Assembly (NCBI GenBank): GCA_047495785.1
Contig: JBLDXI010000055.1
Location: forward strand, 1,240,001-1,304,000
Origin: Lepidodermella squamata
Taxonomy: Eukaryota > Animalia > Gastrotricha
Reading direction: 5' to 3'
Length of the DNA: 64,000 nucleotides
The notes under the pieces are model-generated. The model worked only from the letters and a program-made list of their open reading frames with translations, was not told the origin of the DNA and searched no databases. Both the position numbers and the translations under genes were made by a program. Below are positions 51,905 to 64,000 of this stretch, piece after piece (position 1 is the first letter of the stretch; each line of letters starts with the position of its first letter).

Positions 51905-54900
51905 ATGCAAGTTGTGTTTCTACAGCTTGGACTATTGCTATGGAAATGCTGGGTCACAGAATCTCGTCGACGGGTAATATACATTCAAGACTTTGAATAG
52001 AGATATACATTTTAGCAATTGATTGTTTTGCAGATGCTAGCAGTTTTTCAGATAATTGCTCCAATCACCATGTTTCTTATTGTTGTCTCAGTTCGAAATT
52101 CTTTGAATTTAAGGAAAGCCCAGCACGAATGTAAGGAAAGGAAAGATTGTTAGCAGAAATATAACATATTATTTTTAGGTCATTTCGGAGCGAAACCGCT
52201 GATATCTGCAGGAGTTGTCCCTTTTCTTCAAGGTCTAGTTTGCCATTCTAACAACACCTGTCTCGCGTCTAAGACGCTTGGAGAAGATACTCGATATCCA
52301 TTCAATAAAACTTTGTGAGTATAATATCTAGTGTTATGTTGGAATATTTTTTTAGCAACACCGTCTTCTTCATTTAGAATTCCGTCTTTCGATCAATTAT
52401 CATCTGCTCCTAATCCGGTGACGTCGAACCCGACAGAAACAACCTCTGCATCGGGTAACAACGAGCTTTCGCGATTGATATCTTCAGTTTCACAATTTTG
52501 GGATGCTCTTTGCGACGAGCCATTCCCTCTGACAGAAAATGGCGCTGGCATATCTGCTTCCTCTGCTGTAAACAACGGTGTTAATGCATTAAACACAAGA
52601 GGTTGTTTGAGCCGGCTTTCTGCAACGACAAACAGCGCTCGCATTAATGCCAGCCGCATGGCCACTCCTAGTTGGCTAGCAAATATTACTAATCTACAAA
52701 GTCAAGCGGATATGCAGGCAATGCTCCAATGTCAGCGGTTCTATTGTGTCTTGCAAGGCTTCAGCCCGTTATGGATAACCCTAACAAGGCTGCTAATGGG
52801 GCGCATCGTATATTATCCAAATACAACGGTGATAAATAACCTAATGGCGAGGGTTGAAAGCGGCCTCAACTTTGCTAGTGTTGCCCAGGACGCCGTTCAA
52901 CGCGCCAACGCATTTTCCTCTGTGTTTAGTGGCAGGCGCCGAAATCGGGGCCGCCCATCACCCCAAGATTCCCGCATCGCAGAGCTGCTCGGCTGCCTGG
53001 CAACTGAGGATAACCGTATTGAAGGGGTCGATTCGGTGGAAAAATTGATGAATCGCTCGATGAGGTATGCATCGCGGCGACTGCTGACTGCTGCGGTTCA
53101 TTTTTATGATGTTGACAAATTGACCGGGGATGAGTTGCCAAGGGTGGTTCGTTATGGACTTAGATTCGATCCGTTGCATTTAGACCGCACGACAGCTGTA
53201 AAAGATAGGCCATTCAATACACGAGTCCGGCGTAGTCCGACTGGTGAAATGTCCTACTTTTTGACCGGCTTCATTTATCTACAAGACATAATTGATAAGA
53301 CAATAATCAAAATGCAGGCCGAACAGCTGGGAAAGGATTCTCCGCAGGATCCTAACCCATTCACACAGATAGGAACTATCATGCAACAGTTTCCGTATCC
53401 GTGCTACTTGGACGACATTTTCATGCAAGTATTAGCAAGCCAGCTGACGCTCTACATCGTTTTGGGTTGGATTCTGCTCGCTGCCATCATCGTCAAGTCT
53501 GTTGTTCTAGAAAAGCAAGAAAAGCTACGCGAGGTTTCCAGAATAATGGGAATTTCGCCAGGGCTTCATTTTCTGTCGTGGTTCATCTTTTGGAGCTGTT
53601 TCATGTTTCTCACGATTTTGATTTTTCTCGCCATTGTGAAATTTGGCAATATTTTCGAGCAAGCCTCAGCTGCAGTGATTTTGGTTTTCATGATTTGCTA
53701 CGCATTCGCAATGATCTCTTTCTGCTTCTTCATATCAGCATTTTTTAATCGCGCCAACGTTGCAGCAGTTGTCAGCGCCCTCGCGTATTTCCTTACCTAC
53801 GTCGCTTTTGGTGGGATCACAAACGCTAGCGGAGATTCGCTCGATCTACAAAAAATGGTCTTGGGCTCGGTGTTGCCTAACGTTGCGTTGGGGTTCGGCT
53901 GGCAAGTAGTAGCTAATTACGAACTGACAACTGAGGGCGTGAACTTCGATAACTTCATTACGCCTGTAAGTGACGATCCCTCCGATCAATTCACTATGGG
54001 CCACGCGATGGGAATCTTGATATTTGATGCAATTTTTTACTACTTCCTCGCCTGGTACGTCGACTACGTTTTCCCCGGCGAGTATGGGGTTCCTATGCCG
54101 TGGTACTTCGTTCTTCAACCTTCGTTTTGGTGCAGCGGGGTGGATTGCAGCAGTTATTATCAATCGCTATGTGGAGGGGATGCTAAAGGCCGATACAGTC
54201 GCGGCGTCGATAATGTGTCTTTCGTTAGCGGTGGCAAGTTGTTGGTGGAGAAAGAACCGAGTCATTTGAAAGTCGGCTGTGAGCTTAGATCAGTTTATAA
54301 AATGTACGACTTCGGAATTTTCCAAAGGATCAAGCAGTTCATGCGCAATCGAAGTAGCAAGAAGCAGAAAGTTGGCCCTTCCCGGGCCGCCGTTGATCAT
54401 TTGTCCTTGAATATGTACGAGAATCAGATTACGGCTCTATTGGGACATAACGGCGCAGGAAAGACTACAACCATGTCCATCATCACTGGCTTGATCCCAG
54501 CGACTTACGGCAGTGTGTATGTTTACGGTCATAATGTTGCGCGAGAATTGTCTACTGTTCGTCGAAAAATGGGCTTTTGCCCCCAGTTCAATGTCCTTTA
54601 TGAGAATCTCACCGTTGCCGAACATCTTTGGTTCTTCGCTCGAATTCGTGGCCAAAGCAGCTCGCGTGTAAAGAAAGACATTGCGGAAATGCTTATAGAT
54701 ACTGATTTGACTGCGAAAGCGAATGAATACTCAAAAGTTCTTTCTGGCGGAATGCGGCGGCGTCTGTCTATAGCCATAGCATTTATTGGAGATGCGAAGT
54801 GCGTGATTCTTGACGAGCCAACCGCTGGAGTCGATCCATACGCTCGAAGATCCATTTGGGATTTATTGGGGAAGTTTCGAATGGGAAGAACCACTATTCT

Positions 54901-57900
54901 GTCAACGCACCACATGGACGAGGCGGAGATTTTGGCAGATCGTATCGCTATTATTTCACAGGGGAAACTCCAAACATGTGGCTCTCCAATTTTTCTGAAA
55001 CAAGCCCATGGAGAAGGATACCGGCTGACCATGGTTCTCGAAAATGAACAAGGTTCTGGAGAAGACAGTGCTATCACTAATTTCTTGAGCAATCACCTGC
55101 CGCCTGATCATTATCGAGTGATCGGAAAGTCAGGGCCTGAAGTCCGGTTATCTCTGGCTTATGAGGGGCTGGAAAAGTTTCCCAGCCTTTTTGAATCTTT
55201 GGACGCCGCCAAAAGCGAGCTAAAAATATCAAGCTACGGCTTGTCCGACTCCAGTCTTGACGATATCTTCATAAAAATAACTAGAGAGTCTGACGAGGGA
55301 TACGGTGGCATCAAGTCTATTTCAACAGTCGACACGATGAACAGTGCGAAAGATGTGAAATATCAGAATCTGACCGGGATTCGGTTAATTTCACTCCAGT
55401 TTTACGGGCTTCTTGTAAAAAGGTTTCATCGTATGAGGCGAAGCTGGAAAGGATTCATTGTTGAGCTGTTGCTGCCTGTCGTCTTCGTTCTTATCGGCGT
55501 TACTATTATCAAGTTGGCCGAGTATAAACCGGGAAACCCCCCACCACTCGAGCTAGTCCCTTGGCTGCTAGCACCTGGCTTTCAATCAGCACGGGATCGA
55601 CGGTTGTATACTTTCTTTAGCTCGGTAAATAATTCAGGAAACGCAAATTTACGTCGAATTAGCGACGCCGTGGCGAAAGCTTCCACCATGTCAGAGTACG
55701 CGGGTACCCGGTGCATGAGCCCAGCTTCAAATTATTCAATCGCAAACTACCCCTGCTCATCTGACACGTCTTGGAACGAGTCAACATTGCTGACAACTGA
55801 TCGATATCGAATGCGCGATTGCGTTTGCACCGAGGAAGGCGTGCAACGATGCACCATTTCAAGTTCTAATTATTCAATGCCCACTTACCGATATCTTCGC
55901 ACGACGGACGACGTGCTAAATCTGACCAATTTTGATGTTTCAGCATATATCCTGAGTAAAAAACTCAATTTTTAAAATCTAATTTGGCTATTAATTTTTA
56001 TCGTTTCAGATCAATTCAAATCAATGCGCCACAACTTTTACGGCGGTTGGAGTTTCTTCGTTCAGAGTCCTCCGTTTGGTGTTTTGCTGTCCGATTATCT
56101 CAATAATGTCAATGACGATGCTTATGCTCCAAGGCTTTTCTCGCCAGGATCAATTGCCGTTTGGTTCAACAACAAGGGCTGGATGTCTAGTGTCGCTTAT
56201 AATAACTTCATTAACAACATGCTGCTACGTTTGGCAGTTTCAGACGATGTTTCCGCGCCAAATTCAACCTACGGCATCGTAACTTTCAACCATCCCTTGA
56301 ATTACAGTCGAGAGCAGTTTAACGAGAGACTTCAATCAGCTGCTTTCATCGACGTTATGCTTGCCATTTTGCTGATACTTGCCCTCAGCTTCGTCCCAGC
56401 TTCGTTTGTCATGTTTTTAATCGAAGACCGAGTTTCCGAGTCAAAGCACGTTCAAATGGTAAGTGGTCTGCGACCGGCAGTATATTGGTTGGCAAATTTC
56501 ACATGGGACTGCATAAATTACCTAATTCCAGTTGGTGCTTGCGCTGTGATTTTTGTCGCCTTCAATGTTGAGGCTTACACTAACAAAGCTTCGATTGGAG
56601 CCCTGATACTGCTCTTTATCTTATACGGATTGGCTGTTGCACCGATGCTGTATCCAACCAGTCTTTTCTTCGCCACTCCGTCCACTGCTTTCGTCATTCT
56701 GGCATGCATGAGTTTGTTCCTTGGCTCAGGAACGACGATCGCAACTTGGTTTTTGGACCTTTTATACTTGAGGGAAAACGACAGCAGTCTCCAACATGTA
56801 AATGAAGTATTGCAAGTTGTTTTCTTCATTTTTCCGCAATATTGCTTCGGCCGCGGCCTGCTAAATCTTGCCATTTCCTATCGAACTGCCCAGGCTCGTT
56901 CCTACTACACTGGTGCGGAATCCACAGCAGACTTGCATAAGCCTTGGTCTTGGGACACCTGCGGTAAATTCATGGTTGCTCTTGTTCTGCATAACTTGGG
57001 TTGGATGACAGTCAACATTCTATTGGCTTACTACCTGCCTTTACTGATAAATATTTCGTCGATTTACCGCGCAAAGTTGAAGAGCCGAATAATGAATATT
57101 TGGAAAAAGCGCCGCGTCGCTCTAGTTGGAAATAGCCAACTTTCACTGCAAAGTGAAACCGATGTTGATGTGGCCAAAGAACAGGAGCTTATCTTGAGTG
57201 GTGAATACGAACCTGATGGCTATACTTTGATTGTCAAAAAATTGACAAAAACGTTTTTGAGATGGAATGGCCCGATTAATGCGGTTGATAACCTATCTTT
57301 CGGAGTGGCGAACGGTTCTTGCTTTGGTTTACTGGGCATCAATGGAGCTGGAAAGTCTACAACCTTTAACATGCTTACTGGACTGCTTCCGCCAACTAGT
57401 GGAAGTGCACAGGTTAGGAATTACGATATCATTTCCTCGCGAAATCAGGCCAACAAGCACATCGGCTACTGCCCTCAATACGACTGCATTACACCGCTGC
57501 TTTCCGGTCGAGAAAATCTCGAGTTTTTCGCTCGCATTCGTGGAGTTCCGCCTAGCTATGTAAAACAAGTGGCAGAACACAACATCCAACGATTGGACCT
57601 GGCCAAATACTCTGAAAAAATCGCAGGCGCTTATTCAGGCGGAAACAAGCGCAAATTGTCGATGGCTATCGCTCTCACAGGTGAGCCGTTATTAGTGCTT
57701 CTCGACGAGCCGACTGCTGGGGTGGACCCCAAAGCCAGGCGGCACCTGCGGAAAGCTATCTCTGAGCTCCTACAAAACGGGCAGTCGGTGATCTTGACGA
57801 CTCATTCCATGGACGAATGTGAAGCGCTGTGCACTAGAATTGCAATTATGGTCAACGGACAGTTTCAGTGCCTCGGCAGTCCACAGCATTTAAAAGCCCG

Positions 57901-58228
57901 ATTCGGCGAGGGTTACATGCTGACTCTTCGTTTCATTCCCGGCGGTAACCAAAATCAAATGCATGCAGTGGCTGAGAGAGAACTTAAGACACGATTCAAG
58001 GACGTTATTTTAAAAGAATCTCACGACAATGTGGCAGTAATAGCTATGTGGTCAACCGGTATCGAACCAATTAAATTGGGTGCTCTATTCGGCTTTCTGA
58101 CGGACTTGGAGCTAATGGCGTCATTTCACATTACCGACTTTTCAATCATGCAGTCCTCGTTGGATTCAGTTTTCATAACTTTTGCCAAAGGACAACAAGA
58201 AGCGCCACCAGCACAGCGCGAATCATGA
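51905..58228 (+). CDS. Full-size ABC transporter subfamily A (ABCA1/2/4-like), ~2000 aa, ~5 exons
   Basis: QLGLLLWKCW N-terminus, CHFGAKPLISAGVVPFLQGLVC, QQFPYPCY, NBD1 GHNGAGKTT/LSGGMRRRL/ILDEPT, NBD2 GINGAGKST/YSGGNKRKL/LLDEPT, LGSPQHLKARFG, SLDSVFITFA. Confidence 0.96.
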
Positions 58229-58696
58229 TTGACTTGATCATTTTTCGCTTAATTTTGTCTTTCATGATTGAAAGTATCAAACTGGCAATATTATTATTTT
58301 CAAATTTTTAAATCGTTGTGATTGAACGCTGGATTCTATCCCACTTTTATACCGATGCGATAGTATTTATGATTCGGGTGTAAATAAATAAGCTATACCT
58401 GTGGTTATAATTAATGAGCGAATAAGGATAATTATTTCTTCGCCAATTCTTCATTGGAATATTGGAGTGGCAGCTTTGAACTGCTACATTAATCGACGCT
58501 ACTTGGTCAGCTTTTCTGCAATATTCTACCACAAATAGATCCAAAGCCATGTCAGTTTATTAGCAAAGATGTCGCTAACGATGGGAGATTTAAAGTGAAT
58601 AATGTTGCATGGTTTACATCCGGGATTCATTAGAAAAACTAGTAATTATTAATACCACAAAGGTGCGCGTCTGAATCATGAAATAACAGTGAAAAA

Positions 58697-60079
58697 CTAT
58701 TCAACCAGCAACTCTTTTTCCTCCGCAACGCTGACAGTCTGCTTCGGGCGATTGCCTTGCCTCGATTTCTTCACGAAGATGCCATATCGATTGGTGAAGC
58801 TGTTGTTCGACGAATGATGACTTACAGGTTTATTTGGCTCGGGTGAAGTCGGGGCAAAGTCGTAGAAGATGACAGCTGCTCCTGCTGGAGTAGGCTCAGG
58901 CGCGTAAGGTTCGCAGCCTGCGCCAAGACCTTCGAGTTGCAGCTGGTTGAACTTTGTCAGCGGTTGCATATCTGCCTTACGCACCCAGTTGCTGACAAGT
59001 TCACCTCTACTGATGGCTGGAAAGTTTAACCCGTCATTCGATAGTCTGCTCTGTAACGCCGCGTCTCCGCCATCCCCGGCCATGACTGTAGAAGTCGGCG
59101 GCTGGAAGATGCGCGGCCACTCGGATGACGGAACATTTTTGAGCTTCAGCTTGCCTTCTGCGATCATTTGCTTCAATTTGTAGTAGTTAACGTAAGGATT
59201 GTGCGGCATTATATCATGCGGATGGGCAGCACCGGCTTTAACTGAGTAGCACAGTGGGACCTGGTGGACTTGCTGCTGAGACGCATTTTCTTGGGCGGCT
59301 TTGCTTTGAAGTTGATGACCGGGCGCTAACGCGGCTGAGGGTGTGTCCATTTCTATGGATACAAGTTTAGCGGACAGGCGACGTGGAGAGGGTGATTTCG
59401 CAAGCCTGCTAAACTTTTCGACGCCCTCTCCGTCGTAAGAGAATGCTCCTTTAGGATAGACAATATGTTTCGGCGGCTCCCAGCCCTGGGCGGCAGGAGG
59501 TAAGCCCCGTTTCTGTGCCGATTCGTTCATTCGTTCGTGGAACATAGCTCGCGCCGATTCAATTTCAACCGAAGCCCAAGATGGCGTAGGGTTTTGCGCT
59601 GCTACTGCCTTCCCAGTTAAGCCCAATTTCGGCGGCTTTTTCACAGCGTGTGATTTCGTAACCGGTAGCATATCATGAGCAGGAGGCGAGGGTGAACGTA
59701 GTTCGTTGGTGAATTCCTGCACGACTCTAAGTTGATTTTTCAAAACAAACTGTTGTGCGTAGTTATTTGCTTGACGATGACGCGACGAAGCTGATATCAA
59801 CGTCATTGGTCTACCTTCACCCATGAGTTCATTCTGCGGTATTTCATTAGTCTGTTTGTTCGAAATAGGTGCATTTGGCGCCTGAGGATTCAAGTTGTGC
59901 ATCAACGTATCGAGTCGATCAAAGTTGATAAACAATTGATTTTGCTGCTTCAGCCGATAAGCGCCACCTTGTCTGCATAGATTGCAAGATTTAAGGTGGC
60001 GCTGGTTAGTCGGATGTTGGTGCGAATTCATGTTACCCGAGGAGGAATCAACAGTCAATGAGACACCTTCTGACGGCAT
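58697..60079 (-). CDS. Uncharacterised 460-aa intronless protein, largely disordered
   Basis: Long ATG-initiated ORF rich in P/S/Q/N with a CxxC (CNLC); no family recognised. Confidence 0.7.
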   Translation of the reverse strand: MPSEGVSLTVDSSSGNMNSHQHPTNQRHLKSCNLCRQGGAYRLKQQNQLFINFDRLDTLMHNLNPQAPNAPISNKQTNEIPQNELMGEGRPMTLISASSRHRQANNYAQQFVLKNQLRVVQEFTNELRSPSPPAHDMLPVTKSHAVKKPPKLGLTGKAVAAQNPTPSWASVEIESARAMFHERMNESAQKRGLPPAAQGWEPPKHIVYPKGAFSYDGEGVEKFSRLAKSPSPRRLSAKLVSIEMDTPSAALAPGHQLQSKAAQENASQQQVHQVPLCYSVKAGAAHPHDIMPHNPYVNYYKLKQMIAEGKLKLKNVPSSEWPRIFQPPTSTVMAGDGGDAALQSRLSNDGLNFPAISRGELVSNWVRKADMQPLTKFNQLQLEGLGAGCEPYAPEPTPAGAAVIFYDFAPTSPEPNKPVSHHSSNNSFTNRYGIFVKKSRQGNRPKQTVSVAEEKELLVE

Positions 60080-61642
60080 TCTTGCGTGGTTTGCTCGGTT
60101 CGATGTTAGGGAAATAGGTCACGTAATTAATTTTTTATAAAAGCGTCCCATTCACAGGACTCCTGGCCTATTGGTATTTAAACAAATTCGTTCAACTTAA
60201 AAACTTCAAGCACATGGATGAGGGAAATATAGTTTGGTAGAGGAGGTAAGCCGCGAATAATCCGTTTCTCCTATTTTAAAGCCGCTAGCGCTTAGTTGAA
60301 TGGAGCCAAATTCGCTATTGACATGTCAATGAGTACACCAAGCAACGCGATTTTATTCACAGCTATCGAAAAGCGTTTTGTGCGCCTGGAAACGCAATGG
60401 CTAAAAGGCCAATCCATTCAGCTATCAATTTTGCATATGCATACGCACTATGCGCTTCAGCTTTACCATATCGGTTCTTTTGCATGGATTTTGTCTCGAG
60501 TTGCGAATTATTTATTCGCAGAGGATAAAAATACCTATGAAATATATTCGGTATGGTTTACCATGTTGGTTCAAATGTCCATGTAATGCGGTTTTAACAT
60601 CGCGCCAATTCCTCTGATGAATGTGGGTGGGTATAGTCGGGGTTTATGTATTTTTCCCCTCCTTCCATTTCATGGTATAAATGGAATCGATTGATAGTCT
60701 CCAACCTCAATGAAAGCCTCATTTCTCACCCTGTGTTTTGATAGCAGGTTCAACCAGCCGTTTCTATCGTTGCTGGCAATACGCCATTAGGGCTATGAGA
60801 GTATTATCGACGCTTTTAACAGGTGTGAAGCTGTATACAGTTGCAATCACGGAGTCGCATTTGTAATTTATTTACGAGCATAACTCCCACCAGGCGTCCC
60901 CATAGCCCTTAGCCCGCAAGGAAATCTGGCTTTTTAAACTTCAATTATAGATGCCGGCGAGGAAGATGAATAAAAAATAATTTGTTCAGTCGGCCAACCA
61001 AATGTGGAGAAAGTAATTGAAAGTTAGGGGAATATGTTAAGTTAGGAACAGTAAATCATTCCGTTACGGTGTCAGCGACACTGTTTTAAAACCCGGCTTT
61101 TCCACGCCATGGCAAAACATTCCGTTAACATACAGAATCAAAATCGAGAGATGGCGAGAGAATTGCCGAATGTGTAGGCTTAATTTCAATTTGAGTAGGC
61201 TTTCGGTTCTTCTACCCGCGTCAGTGAAAATTTCGGACATTTAACCCATTTGATGGCATTTGCTTGCAATTTGTAATCCACGCTCTTTTGCGCGTCAATC
61301 GCGAAAGCATGTGAAATGTCGCTTGCAACGTCTTTCATACCCGGAATAATACACTAACACTCTCCAAGCAATGAGGTTTATTACAAAAGGAAACTTTGAT
61401 GGTACAACTTTGGTAATGAGCGACCGCGGAATAACCAACAAAAAATATAAACTTAGCCACTAAATAAACAAACAGTGAATAAGGAACGTGCGGCGACGCG
61501 GATAAATTGTGTTCCAGGCACATTATTTCGCATAATACACGCGCTTCGGCTAAAATTTGGTTGTTTTGAAAACATGTAACTTCTAAAAAAATCGCGTTAC
61601 ATATACCTTTTCGTCAATCCTGAAGTTTGCAAGGCATTGGAA

Positions 61643-62186
61643 ATGTCCCCTTCGCGATCAGAGACACAGGCTAACAGGTACATAAGCTACATAGAAGTCA
61701 AGTATTCCAAATGAATAATCTTTTCCTAGGGAAGAAAAATGCTGTTCGCCGTCGTTCCCCGGCGGGAATTACCAGAAAGCAAGTCCTGTTTTACCGGCCG
61801 ACTACGTCATCATTTTGCGATCGACTGCTGCTGAGGATAGCTATGTCGAGGTGGAGAAATATCGCCGATTCGCCATTCTCCTCTCTGTCCTATCGTTCTT
61901 CTGCGGCTCAATATTTTGCTCAATACCCGCGCTGTTGCTATCACTTCAGAAGCCATTCTCCAGCTCTAGAATGCGTGGAATGCACTACAATATTTACACC
62001 TATAAAATTGCTACTGGACTAGCGTTGGTCGCGATGTTTTTCGGAACTTGCGCTTCACTCATTTTAGCTTACATGTATTACGTCAATCAATGTAATATTC
62101 TTGTTAGTAGCAATCAAACAGTATGGTTAACATTGGCTGATGGAACTTTGGTTTCAGCAAACGGAACTAAATGCTATTTGTTTTAG
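61643..62186 (+). CDS. Small two-hydrophobic-segment membrane protein, CD225/dispanin-like; exons 61643-61677, 61730-62186
   Basis: In-phase GT-AG intron 61678-61729; AILLSVLSFFCGSIFCSIPALLLS then a second TM IATGLALVAMFFGTCASLILAYMYY; C-terminal N-glycosylation sequons NQT, NGT. Confidence 0.55.
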
Positions 62187-62484
62187 AATTTAAACTTAGT
62201 TACACTGAGTGAGTGCTATGTGTACAGTCCTTGCAGGGATCTCTGAAGATCGACCCCAAAAAGGTATCCCAAGTCTTAGCTACACGCTACACGGAAGTGT
62301 CAAATAAAGATGAACTGTTGCTTTAACTGCTTGATAGTATGTCGGCGTGGCATCGCGGAACCTTATAAGAACAGCGAACAGCATCCTGAATTTCATTAAG
62401 TTTGATAAAGCTCAGCAAAATTTATTTGCATCAGCAAATCGAAGCAACATTTAATCATGACGCTGAAGAAGGAGGGATAATTAT

Positions 62485-63768
<1,284 letters not shown>

Positions 63769-64000
63769 GATTTTGCAATATCAATGAAAGAAACGAATGA
63801 AAGAAGAGAAACATATTTTACTGGGTTATTGGGCTATTATATTGCACGCGCTATCTTCGCTGTCTTAAAAAGAGGGCATAATTTCTTTATCAGCAAAAGG
63901 AAATGATAGGCGATTGGCAACATTAGACCAAAATTCGGCGTTCAAAAAGTGAACTTGTAATTCCCAAGGATTTGGTTTGATGTTGCCAATCGCCTATCAT

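Overview
Gene-dense nuclear DNA from an invertebrate animal with a compact genome (GT-AG introns mostly ~50-60 nt; the species cannot be named from the sequence). About 21 protein-coding genes can be modelled: 3' end of cytosolic valyl-tRNA synthetase, RRN3, a secreted MAM/PAN/Sushi mosaic protein, Rab39, FoxO (within ~11 kb of non-coding DNA that includes a decayed LINE-like relic), a two-PDZ protein, an ankyrin-RING protein, a divergent Schlafen/AlbA_2-like protein, ASCC2, GOLGA4, a Q-rich orphan, TCP11-like, two HRG-1/SLC48A1 heme-transporter paralogs flanking PSMD13, parvin, a Cys-rich divergent TSPO, a full-size ABCA transporter, an intronless orphan, a dispanin-like protein and a cathepsin L homolog. 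Most notable: (i) a TSPO-like protein that lacks the family tryptophans and carries 12 Cys, four Cys-Pro motifs and a His cluster; (ii) an intact cathepsin L gene whose catalytic Cys is Asn (pseudo-protease); (iii) two HRG-1 paralogs with a substituted heme ligand and different C-terminal tails; these lie within ~21 kb, a speculative heme/porphyrin-handling neighbourhood. No rRNA, tRNA or CRISPR array was recognised. Exon boundaries were read by eye and family assignments rest on recalled motifs, not database searches.
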